Positions 20,985 through 29,250 of a DNA stretch of 64,000 nt are shown here, in pieces. Made by a program: the position numbers and the translations under genes. Location of the stretch: positions 96,001 through 160,000 of the IMG/VR virus record IMGVR_UViG_3300030330_006619, one strand, 5' to 3'. The notes below the pieces were generated by a model. The model was not told the DNA's origin. It saw nothing but the letters and a program-made list of their open reading frames with translations, and did not search any database. Numbering within the stretch: position 1 is the first letter of the stretch; the number at the start of each line of letters is the position of its first letter. The stretch comes from a virus (Duplodnaviria; Caudoviricetes).

Positions 20985-21522
20985 TTTAAAAATAAAGCTA
21001 GACCCAAGAGTTGAATTAAAAGTTAGAAGAACTCTTGATGGAAACATTTTAATCCTCGATCATGAAGACATTGATATTGTATTTATGCCTGAAAAAAATA
21101 AATGTGTAACTTTTCCAAAAGAATCAATGTCTGATAAAGTTTATGCCACACAAGATAGAATGTTTAGTTTTTTAACAAAAAAAGGAATAGTTAATAGCTC
21201 GACAATTCGCGGCGGTAATGTTTTCGGTGCATTAGAAGCAGAGATTTTAGAATCTTCTATCCCTGGCATCGACCGCGATCAGGCGTTCTTATATGTTGTC
21301 CATGAGTATATAGAACAAGAGAAGCCATACTTTAGGCAACATGAAAAATATAGTGATGATGTTCTAGATTCTCTTTTGGAACCTGGAGAAGAAGATTCAA
21401 CAGAACTTGGAGATGTCCCACAGGCCGACACAAAGGGCGGCATGCAAGCCCGCATGAGACCATATGGATACATGTACAATTACTCACTCGTCCGTGAGAA
21501 TGATGAAAGAGAGGGTGAGTGA
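20974..21522 (+). CDS. Hypothetical head-module protein
   Basis: 182-aa ORF overlapping both neighbours. Confidence 0.5.
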   Translation: MTVNLKIKLDPRVELKVRRTLDGNILILDHEDIDIVFMPEKNKCVTFPKESMSDKVYATQDRMFSFLTKKGIVNSSTIRGGNVFGALEAEILESSIPGIDRDQAFLYVVHEYIEQEKPYFRQHEKYSDDVLDSLLEPGEEDSTELGDVPQADTKGGMQARMRPYGYMYNYSLVRENDEREGE

Positions 21523-21857
21523 ATTTTTTATGGTTTTCCATAATAGCCTATGGGATGACACAAATCATTGTATACGGAAAAATCTTTGAAAAGATAAGAC
21601 CAACTCAAGGGTGGTTAGGGCAGCTTTTGTCCTGCCCAATGTGCACTGGCTTTTGGGTTGGTGTTTTTTTATGGTGTGTAAAGGCACAAACTCAACTATT
21701 TATTTTTGATGATTCTTACGCAACGGCCTTTTTGTTGGGCTGCGCAGGATCGGCCACATCTTATATAGGTTGTACTATATTTGGTGATGACGGCTTGATG
21801 ATATTTAAAACAGTCAATATTTTTGACAAAAGGAGAAAAAATGAGACCATTAACTAA
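21519..21857 (+). CDS. DUF1360-like membrane protein with CxxC
   Basis: Three hydrophobic helices and the LLSCPMCTGFWVG motif. Confidence 0.7.
   Translation: MNFLWFSIIAYGMTQIIVYGKIFEKIRPTQGWLGQLLSCPMCTGFWVGVFLWCVKAQTQLFIFDDSYATAFLLGCAGSATSYIGCTIFGDDGLMIFKTVNIFDKRRKNETIN
21695..21703 (+). promoter_or_regulatory. Possible late promoter ACTATTTAT inside the DUF1360 gene
   Basis: Perfect motif upstream of the microprotein and the protease. Confidence 0.4.
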
Positions 21858-21906
21858 AATAAGGTGGATGATACGCCCAGTTGCTAATTGTTGCAAAGGT
21901 TCGTAG
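21841..21906 (+). CDS. 21-aa Cys-Cys microprotein MRPLTKIRWMIRPVANCCKGS (absent from the ORF track)
   Basis: AAGGAG RBS 5 nt before ATG 21841; TAG at 21904-21906; fills the gap before the protease. Confidence 0.5.
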   Translation: MRPLTKIRWMIRPVANCCKGS

Positions 21907-21945
21907 ATGACGCGGGTCGCCCCCGCAATAATAAGAGAGGTAATT

Positions 21946-22551
21946 ATGAAATTATTAAGAGAATATTTTGAACTTTGTGATGGTGGTATATGCCAAGATT
22001 TGCTGACAGAAGATGAAAAGCGCCGGGTTGCTAACGGAGCATGTATTTTGTCAGGTGTAATGCAAATGTCCGAAACACAAAACGGAAACGGCCGCGTTTA
22101 CCCTCATGCCATTCTAGAAAGAGAAGTGAAAAATTATCTCACTATGGTAAAAGAAAGAAGGGCCCTAGGAGAACTCGACCACCCAGATACTAGTGTGATT
22201 AATTTAGCTAATGCATCACACCTTGTAACGGATATTTGGATGGAGGACAACAAATGCATTGGTAAGATAGAGGTTCTTAACACACCGTCAGGAAAGGTAT
22301 TGCAAGAACTAGTCAATGCAGGCGTTAAGTTAGGTATTTCTTCTAGAGGAATGGGTTCGGTTACAGAAAGAAATGGTGTGACCATGGTTGAGGATGACTT
22401 TCAGCTAATATGCTTTGATATGGTTTCAGACCCTTCTACGCCTGGAGCATTCATGATGACAGAAGTAAAGCAGCAGCCAAATATCTTTACAGATAAAGAT
22501 ATTGTATCCCGGGCTTTAAATAATTTTATATATAAGTTTGGTGAAAAATGA
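21946..22551 (+). CDS. Prohead protease (T4 gp21-like)
   Basis: NGNGRVY, ALGELDHP, SH, LNTPSG, GISSRGMGS and FDMVSDPSTPGA motifs. The start was moved to 21946, behind a GAGG RBS. Confidence 0.95.
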   Translation: MKLLREYFELCDGGICQDLLTEDEKRRVANGACILSGVMQMSETQNGNGRVYPHAILEREVKNYLTMVKERRALGELDHPDTSVINLANASHLVTDIWMEDNKCIGKIEVLNTPSGKVLQELVNAGVKLGISSRGMGSVTERNGVTMVEDDFQLICFDMVSDPSTPGAFMMTEVKQQPNIFTDKDIVSRALNNFIYKFGEK

Positions 22552-22964
22552 AAAAGTCTGAATTAAAGTCAATTATAAAAGAGTGTGTAAAGGAGGTCTT
22601 ATTTGATGAAGGGGTCCTGTCAAACTTAGTTGCCGAAGTTGCCTTTGGAATAACTAAAGCACAGAATCAAATTTTAGAGTCACAAAAACAGGAAACTATA
22701 AGCCCAACACCAGTTCACAAACCTAATTTGGAAAAGATCGAAGAAGAAAAGAGAAAAAAGATCCTTGAAGTGAAAAGAAGGATGCTCGATGCGATGGGCA
22801 GCGAAAGAATGAAAGGGGCGTTTGAAGGTACGGAGCCGTTGAGAGAATCCCAGGGCCAAGCTTCAGTGCACTCTCCTCTCTCCGGTCGCGACCCTAGTGA
22901 CGCAGGGATTGATATAACAGGAATATTTAACTTAGCCGGCCACAGATGGCAAAATTTAAAGTAA
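22548..22964 (+). CDS. Head-module protein with KKSELKSIIKE leader
   Basis: ATGA overlap with the protease; shared leader motif. Confidence 0.55.
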   Translation: MKKSELKSIIKECVKEVLFDEGVLSNLVAEVAFGITKAQNQILESQKQETISPTPVHKPNLEKIEEEKRKKILEVKRRMLDAMGSERMKGAFEGTEPLRESQGQASVHSPLSGRDPSDAGIDITGIFNLAGHRWQNLK

Positions 22965-22979
22965 AAGAAAGGAATAAAC

Positions 22980-23216
22980 ATGGGCAGAAGAACACCAGTA
23001 CACGTAGAAGTTAAGATTTATGACCAGTCGCAGGTCGAAAGGATGATAAAGAAATTTACTAGAAAATGTAAAAAGTCGGGACTCTTTGAGGAACTAAAAG
23101 AAAGAAGGTATTTCAAGAAGAAGTCCATAAAAAACAAAGAAAAGAGAGAAAGAAAAAGAAAACTTTCCCAGAAATCGACACAAGATTACAAGGATAAATT
23201 CGATAAACTAAAGTAA
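22980..23216 (+). CDS. rpsU: Phage-encoded ribosomal protein bS21
   Basis: 78-aa basic protein with the bS21 pattern V.V...ERMIKKF.RKC.KSG...ELKERRYF.K.S...KEKR. Confidence 0.85.
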   Translation: MGRRTPVHVEVKIYDQSQVERMIKKFTRKCKKSGLFEELKERRYFKKKSIKNKEKRERKRKLSQKSTQDYKDKFDKLK

Positions 23217-23226
23217 GAGTAAAGTT

Positions 23227-24453
23227 ATGCCGTACAAGAGAGTAAATTCAAAATCAATTAAATTCGGCCCGAATGGAGATAAGGTTGTAATAGGTGATGT
23301 TTCTGACTTTACTTTTACAGACAATGCAGGAACAGATAAGCCATTTTCCGTATCATCTTGGGTTTTCATCAGAGACGTTAGCCTCGTATCCGGCGCATTT
23401 TTCTCAAAAAGACACAAAGCGAATCTTGAGGGTGAGTATTACTTTGGTCACGAAGGTGGGAAAATAATTGCAGTACTTTATGCAGATCCAGCCCAAAATG
23501 GCATCGGCGCGTTTAATACAATGAATCGCATCTATTTTGCTAAAAACGCATTCGTAGGAGGTTTACAAGATGAAACCTGGCATAATATAACAGTGACCTA
23601 CAGCGGAAACAAATCACATACTGGAGTGAACATATACTTGGACGGAACAGCGCTGGTTCCTGATTCAGCTACAACCAACAATTACAACGGAATGGGGAAT
23701 GAGGCAGCACCAGTTACCATTGGTGGCACTGATGACCCCGACACTAACGTTTTTGAAGATTTTATCGCAGATACAATGGTTTTTAACAAAGAACTCACAG
23801 CAACTGAGGTGCAAGAGGTATATAATCAAGGAAAAGTTAAAGATATGACGCAGTTTACTGCATATTCCAATCTCTTATCTTGGTATAAGATGGGAGATGA
23901 CCTCGACACCCCAGACTCTGGAGGCATAAGAGATTATGTGGGCTCTAATCATGGAACTTTAGCTGGCTCTGCCTATATCGCGGCCAGTCCAGAACTTGGA
24001 ACGGATCAACTCCCCGTCGCGAACCACCACCTTTACACTACCCATGGCAGAACAAGACAGATTAAGAATGCCGCAGGTGCCTTTGGTTCTGCTATACCGC
24101 TCACCACTGATCTTCCATCCGCAGCAACTGATGGTTACGCAACAGAGAATCAAAGATACGCACACATAGTTATTAATACATTCCCTATTGACAGTGACAA
24201 TAACAAAACAGTAATCATTTGGGGCTACAATCACGCTTTTGGCAAGTGGGGGAAACTGACAAGACATGCATCAGGGTTTAAAAATATATATATAAACAAT
24301 AATATTTCACAATTCCAGCTACAGCATAGTCAAACTACTCGACCTTCCACAAGGTATGTTTTAGAAATAGCCGGAATAGATCGTATATACATACAAGATA
24401 CTGGCACTGGCCACCCCACAGATCAAGTTTTTTTGGGATTTAACACTTTTTAA
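23227..24453 (+). CDS. LamG/concanavalin-like domain plus C-terminal GRTRQ-family domain (putative head decoration)
   Basis: FSVSSWV, WHNITVTY, IYLDG, IGG and FNKELTATEVQEVYN LamG motifs; C-terminal domain shared with the next two genes. Confidence 0.7.
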   Translation: MPYKRVNSKSIKFGPNGDKVVIGDVSDFTFTDNAGTDKPFSVSSWVFIRDVSLVSGAFFSKRHKANLEGEYYFGHEGGKIIAVLYADPAQNGIGAFNTMNRIYFAKNAFVGGLQDETWHNITVTYSGNKSHTGVNIYLDGTALVPDSATTNNYNGMGNEAAPVTIGGTDDPDTNVFEDFIADTMVFNKELTATEVQEVYNQGKVKDMTQFTAYSNLLSWYKMGDDLDTPDSGGIRDYVGSNHGTLAGSAYIAASPELGTDQLPVANHHLYTTHGRTRQIKNAAGAFGSAIPLTTDLPSAATDGYATENQRYAHIVINTFPIDSDNNKTVIIWGYNHAFGKWGKLTRHASGFKNIYINNNISQFQLQHSQTTRPSTRYVLEIAGIDRIYIQDTGTGHPTDQVFLGFNTF

Positions 24454-24461
24454 CTAATTAA
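24453..24461 (+). promoter_or_regulatory. Putative late promoter ACTAATTAA
   Basis: Motif match just upstream of 24477. Confidence 0.5.
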
Positions 24462-24476
24462 TAATGGAGAAATAGA

Positions 24477-24896
24477 ATGTCAAATTTTCACACATACAGC
24501 AGCTGGGGTAGAACACGGCAACCAAAGAATGTAACAGGTAGAGACTCTACGTCTGAAGCAGCGACTTTAGATGCTGCCCCAGCCGGCAATGCAGCAGCTG
24601 ATATCGCGAGTAGTTTTACAACAGAAAACCAAAGATTTTTGCACTTATTATTGGACACAGATACGTCTGGAGAAAACAAAACAATTACAGTTTATGGATT
24701 TTCTTATGCCTTCGCCCGCTGGGCGCCACTTAAAGACGTCCGTGGTAATGCGGTTACAATCTCGGCTGACGATACAAGCACATATCAGATTTTTGAAATT
24801 CATGGAGTTGATAGAGTTTGCTTCCTCGCTGGTGGAACTGACGCGGGTCAATTAGCCGCCAACGACTTTTTCTTCGCCGCAACATCAACGTTTTAA
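24477..24896 (+). CDS. GRTRQ-family paralogue 2 (putative virion protein)
   Basis: GRTRQPKN...TENQRFLHL...GFSYAFARW..L...EIHGVDRV...STF. Confidence 0.6.
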   Translation: MSNFHTYSSWGRTRQPKNVTGRDSTSEAATLDAAPAGNAAADIASSFTTENQRFLHLLLDTDTSGENKTITVYGFSYAFARWAPLKDVRGNAVTISADDTSTYQIFEIHGVDRVCFLAGGTDAGQLAANDFFFAATSTF

Positions 24897-24919
24897 GATG
24901 ATCATCATGGAGAGTGTTA

Positions 24920-25402
24920 ATGTCTTTTAAATATTCAAGCTTTGGAAGAACACGCCAACCTAAAAATTTATCTTTTGGAGAAAATTTAGTTGGCAATAGT
25001 AACTATATTATACCTTATGCCACTGCCCATGCTGGAGCCAGTGTTTTTGATATCGCCAATATAAGAAAAGATTATGGCCTTGCGACAGAAAACCAAAGGT
25101 ATCTACACCTTTTGATCGACAGCACAACTATTCCTGGTGTTACAAAAACAGCGTCAGTTGGTGTCTTGGGTTACATAAATGCTTTTGGAATCTGGGCGCA
25201 ACTAGTAAAACACGATCAGCCCTCAAATGAGCCGCAAAACTCAAACTCTTTCCCGGTCCTCCATACTGGAACCATCGATAATAATAGGCAGTATTTTGTT
25301 TATGATATCTTGGGAGTAGATAAGATTTTGTTTTATGCTGCAAACCCAAACGCTAGTGATGTAGATACGTGGCAATTAAGAGCTGCTTTCAGCACCTTCT
25401 AG
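24920..25402 (+). CDS. GRTRQ-family paralogue 3 (putative virion protein)
   Basis: GRTRQPKN...ATENQRYLHL...GYINAFGIW..L...DILGVDKI...STF; ATG 24920 behind GGAG. Confidence 0.6.
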   Translation: MSFKYSSFGRTRQPKNLSFGENLVGNSNYIIPYATAHAGASVFDIANIRKDYGLATENQRYLHLLIDSTTIPGVTKTASVGVLGYINAFGIWAQLVKHDQPSNEPQNSNSFPVLHTGTIDNNRQYFVYDILGVDKILFYAANPNASDVDTWQLRAAFSTF

Positions 25403-25441
25403 AGGGTTAAAATTTTTTCCCTTCCTTTGCAGTGGTAAAAT

Positions 25442-25450
25442 ACTATTTAT
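25442..25450 (+). promoter_or_regulatory. Putative late promoter ACTATTTAT
   Basis: Intergenic, upstream of the scaffold-capsid operon. Confidence 0.65.
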
Positions 25451-25507
25451 TTAGAGACAAATACATTTGTTCGTGCATGAATCAAAAAACCGTTAGGAGT
25501 CAATAGA

Positions 25508-26704
25508 ATGTCAAGTCTACTTGAAAAGGCGATAATTGATGCTGCCGCCCTAAAAGAAGCAGCGCTCAAGAGTGCCGAGAAGCTTGTTGTAGAGAAATAT
25601 GCAACTGAAGTAAAAGAAGCAGTCGATATGCTTATCTCGGATCACTTTGAAGAAAACATTAATGAGCAGGATCTCGGAGCCCCAGCCCCAGACCTCGGAG
25701 GCGGAGCGGGAGGAGACCCATTTGGCTTCGATTCCCTGCCGGGTGAAGCCCCTGCAGCTGAAGAACCAGCTGCAGCTGAACCAGAGGCTGATTCTGCAGA
25801 AGAACCTCTCGATCCAGAAGATTTAATGTCCATTATACCAGATGCTTTTAATAGCAGCGATGATGAAGTAATTCAAATTAAATTAGATTCTCTAGAAGCT
25901 GAGATGGCAGATGTACCAGATGGCCCTTTCGCTGGAAATGATGAGCTTGGTGATGGCGAAATAGGAATTGATGTAGAAACTGAAGAAGAATTAGCACAAC
26001 AAGAAGAGATTCCTGACGTTGAGGTTCCTCTCGATGATGAAGACGACATTGATATTGACATCACATCAGACGTTGTTTCCGAAGTATTAGGCGAATTGGG
26101 CCTAGATGAAGAAGAAATAGACCTTGATGAGCTTTTAGAAAGAGTAAGAGTTGACTTCGAGCCGCAAAAATCAGGCTGGGCAGGTACTCCCGAATCAATA
26201 ATGAAAGAATATGAAGCTATGCTTCTTGCTAGAGAGCAAGACAGCGAAGTAAAAGAAGAAAACGAAGAGTTGCGCAAGACTGTCGCAGCACTTCAAAAAG
26301 AAAACAAGACTTTATCCTCTGCGGCTGTTAAGTTGCAGGGTCAAAACCAAGATTATGAAACAGCTTTTAATAACTTGCAAGAAAAGTTGGAAACAATGAA
26401 TGTTTCTAACGCTAAGTTGCTGTACATTAACCAGGCTCTTGAAAATGCCTCCTTGAATGAGCGACAAAAAAGAAAAATTGTCGAAGCCATTTCGAAAGCC
26501 GAAACTGTACAAGAAGCAAAGATAGTTTTTGAAACAATGAATGAAGCAGTTGCAACCAATTTAGACGTAAAGAAGGACGCAACTCTTAATGAGGTTGTCT
26601 CAAGTCGTTCAACGCTACTTGTCGCGGCTCGAAAAGAGCAAAAAAACACAAATGCTAATCCAATTTATAATAGGTTACAAAAATTGGCAGGCATTAAGAC
26701 ATAA
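25508..26704 (+). CDS. Prohead core scaffold protein (gp22-like)
   Basis: Highly acidic middle, C-terminal coiled coil (NAKLLY..., RLQKLAGI), immediately before the capsid gene. Confidence 0.75.
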   Translation: MSSLLEKAIIDAAALKEAALKSAEKLVVEKYATEVKEAVDMLISDHFEENINEQDLGAPAPDLGGGAGGDPFGFDSLPGEAPAAEEPAAAEPEADSAEEPLDPEDLMSIIPDAFNSSDDEVIQIKLDSLEAEMADVPDGPFAGNDELGDGEIGIDVETEEELAQQEEIPDVEVPLDDEDDIDIDITSDVVSEVLGELGLDEEEIDLDELLERVRVDFEPQKSGWAGTPESIMKEYEAMLLAREQDSEVKEENEELRKTVAALQKENKTLSSAAVKLQGQNQDYETAFNNLQEKLETMNVSNAKLLYINQALENASLNERQKRKIVEAISKAETVQEAKIVFETMNEAVATNLDVKKDATLNEVVSSRSTLLVAARKEQKNTNANPIYNRLQKLAGIKT

Positions 26705-26737
26705 AAAAATTTATAAGAAAAGGAGGTGATTTTTAAA

Positions 26738-28645
26738 ATGTCTATTTTACAGAAATTGACAGAGGGCGTTCAGCATCGCGATATGCAAGCTGAAGGCGCT
26801 GCTCTACTTAACAAATGGGAAGCAACCGGTCTTCTTGAGGGTCTAAATAACGGCCAGCAGAAGCAGGGAATGGCGGTTCTTCTCGAAAACCAGGCGAAGG
26901 AACTTCTTCGAGAAGCTTCTTCCATGTCTGCAGGCGACGTCGAAGGCTTCGCTGCAGTTGCATTCCCAATCGTTCGTCGTGTATTCGGTGGACTGATCGC
27001 AAACGATCTTATTTCGGTTCAGCCAATGAGCTTGCCATCGGGTCTTATCTTCTTCCTTGACTTTGTTCATGAAGGTGGAAGACTTGGAGCCTCTGCGTCA
27101 GAATCAGTTTATGGTGGAAACGTGGTTGCTAGCCAGTTGACCGGTGGTGTTGACTTAGGGTCTACTCCAGAGGTTCAGCCGGGTGGTCACTACGACCTTG
27201 GCCACAGTTACACATCAGCAACCGGATCGGCCACGATTGCCGACGACGGCGCTGGTGGACTCTCGTTCGGCCCTACAGGCGGAGCACTCTCGACTGGTGG
27301 CTTCTTGTGTGATGCCGCTGCCGATGACGCTTTCGGTTCATCCGCACCAGTCTTGGTTTCAGCGCTTTCTGATGCTCAGAAGAAATTGATTGATTTTGAT
27401 GCAGATATCCTTGCAACTCCGGGTGCTTCAGTCCAAGTTATTGAGTGCCTCGTTGCCGGCGCAGGTCTAGACAACCTCGATGAAGGTCGATTGGCAGCAC
27501 TAGTTCTTCAGAACACTAACGGCGTCGTAGATATCGCAAATGTTACCGGTAACGATGCAGGTGCACTCGACTCGTCAGGATTTAGACAAGTTAGAAGACT
27601 AACCAAGTTGGTTGGTTCTGGTGCCACACGTAGAATTCGTCTTGTAATTGTTGATGACGGTGGGTCCTTGACACCTACGTCAACCGCAGGTCTCGCCGCG
27701 ATCAATTTCGGCGCAGAAGACGCCGGTGACAAGATTGGTATTGCCAGCTATCCATTGAGAGATAACATCGGAACAGGCGCCGCTCAGGGGTCCATTCTGG
27801 CAGGCGTACACCCACTTGAAGAACCAGGTCCAGCCACCGGCAACAGCGCCGCGGCCCGAGAAGGCAAGAACACCATTGCTGAGATCGACATCAAGGTCGA
27901 CAGTATTGCTGTTACCGCACAGACCAAGAAACTGAAGGCCAAGTGGTCTCCAGAGCTTGGTCAGGACCTCAACGCATACCACAACTTGGATGCAGAGGTT
28001 GAGCTTACTGGTATTCTTTCTGAGCAGATTGCTTTGGAAATCGACCGTGAGCTTCTTGGTGAGCTTGTCCGTGGTGCAACTGCTGGTACTCGTTACTGGA
28101 GCCGTGCACCGGGCTTGTTTGTTGATAGCTCCGGTTCACCACTTGGTGCTACATCTGCTGCACCTGACTTCACTGGTACTGTCAGTGAGTGGTATGAGAC
28201 CCTCATTGAGACTATCAACGATGTTAGTGCTCAGATCCACAGAAAGACGCTCCGAGGCGGTGCAAACTTTGTTGTTTGTTCCCCTGAGGTTGCGAACATC
28301 TTGGAATTCACCAGCGGCTTCCGCGCAAGCGTTACTGCTGACCAGGACCGCGGCACCATCGGTGCTGTTAAGGCTGGTAGCCTAAGCAAGAAGTTCGACG
28401 TTTACGTTGATCCATACTTCCTGCGTAATGTTATCCTTGTTGGACGTAAGGGTAGTAGCTTCCTCGAAAGTGGATTTGTCTACGCTCCATATGTGCCACT
28501 CCAGGTGACACCAACTATCTTCGGCACCGAGGACTTCGTACCTCGTAAGGGCGTCATGACGCGCTATGCTAAGAAGATGGTGCGACCAGACATGTACGGC
28601 CTTGTTGTTGTACGAGGTCTCTTAGGCGAAGAAATGCCTAGCTAA
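26738..28645 (+). CDS. Major capsid protein (T4 gp23-like)
   Basis: LLENQ, PIVRRVF, VQPMSLPSGLIF, KLKAKWSPELGQDL, EIDRE, YAPYVPL and GVMTRYA motifs; AGGAGGTGAT SD before ATG 26738. Confidence 0.97.
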   Translation: MSILQKLTEGVQHRDMQAEGAALLNKWEATGLLEGLNNGQQKQGMAVLLENQAKELLREASSMSAGDVEGFAAVAFPIVRRVFGGLIANDLISVQPMSLPSGLIFFLDFVHEGGRLGASASESVYGGNVVASQLTGGVDLGSTPEVQPGGHYDLGHSYTSATGSATIADDGAGGLSFGPTGGALSTGGFLCDAAADDAFGSSAPVLVSALSDAQKKLIDFDADILATPGASVQVIECLVAGAGLDNLDEGRLAALVLQNTNGVVDIANVTGNDAGALDSSGFRQVRRLTKLVGSGATRRIRLVIVDDGGSLTPTSTAGLAAINFGAEDAGDKIGIASYPLRDNIGTGAAQGSILAGVHPLEEPGPATGNSAAAREGKNTIAEIDIKVDSIAVTAQTKKLKAKWSPELGQDLNAYHNLDAEVELTGILSEQIALEIDRELLGELVRGATAGTRYWSRAPGLFVDSSGSPLGATSAAPDFTGTVSEWYETLIETINDVSAQIHRKTLRGGANFVVCSPEVANILEFTSGFRASVTADQDRGTIGAVKAGSLSKKFDVYVDPYFLRNVILVGRKGSSFLESGFVYAPYVPLQVTPTIFGTEDFVPRKGVMTRYAKKMVRPDMYGLVVVRGLLGEEMPS

Positions 28646-28666
28646 AATCTCTTAATAAGAGTAAGG

Positions 28667-28703
28667 AAGCCCCTACATTAATTTGTGGGGGCTTTTTCTT
28701 TTT
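28667..28703 (+). terminator. Intrinsic terminator after the capsid gene
   Basis: GCCCCTACA-ttaatt-TGTGGGGGC hairpin followed by a T tract. Confidence 0.85.
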
Positions 28704-28709
28704 CTAATT

Positions 28710-28718
28710 ACTATTTAT
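28710..28718 (+). promoter_or_regulatory. Putative late promoter ACTATTTAT
   Basis: Directly after the terminator, upstream of 28783. Confidence 0.65.
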
Positions 28719-28782
28719 ACTATGAAAGATGCAACTATCAAGGTTGCGAATTAATCTTGATATAATTAAGGAGAAAATAATT

Positions 28783-29199
28783 ATGGCAAAGCAAGGATTT
28801 GCAACCTCAGATAGAAGAAAAGTAGAATTACTTCCAGCCGCCAAGCCACGCGGAATTGAAGTACACGATTGTGGTACAGTGTTTGTGCTGACATCATCAG
28901 ATGCAGCATCACATGTGCTCCCATCCGCCGCTGCCTGCGGCGAAGGTTGGTGGATTAGGGTTGTCGAAGGAGTCGACCGCGGTGGAAACGCCGTAACCTT
29001 CGCTGCCGCTAGCGATGCAGAGTCAGGAGCAGCTGTTATTGCGGGTGTCGCAACCGGAGCGGTGGCAGGCATTACCTATACTGAGCCTGGTAGTGTTCCG
29101 ACTGTAACATTTGCCGCTAACGTATCAGATGTTGGAGACGAAGTGGAAATACTTGTAGCAAACGGCCAGTGGTTCGTCCGCGGCGTATGTGCTACCTAA
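28783..29199 (+). CDS. Putative capsid decoration protein (HDCG family)
   Basis: AAGGAG RBS before ATG 28783; HDCG..F.L...LP.AA..GEGW...GD.VE..V.NGQW shared with the next gene. Confidence 0.55.
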   Translation: MAKQGFATSDRRKVELLPAAKPRGIEVHDCGTVFVLTSSDAASHVLPSAAACGEGWWIRVVEGVDRGGNAVTFAAASDAESGAAVIAGVATGAVAGITYTEPGSVPTVTFAANVSDVGDEVEILVANGQWFVRGVCAT

Positions 29200-29250
29200 G
29201 ACAAGATACATTAAAATTAAGGATTTATTAATTAAGGAGATATAAGAACA

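Noticed and set aside
21907-21945. ORF-track start of the protease at 21907, and similar extended starts at 10741, 14494, 26726, 28729 and 38978
   Set aside because: Downstream in-frame ATGs have clear SD sequences and give more typical N-termini.
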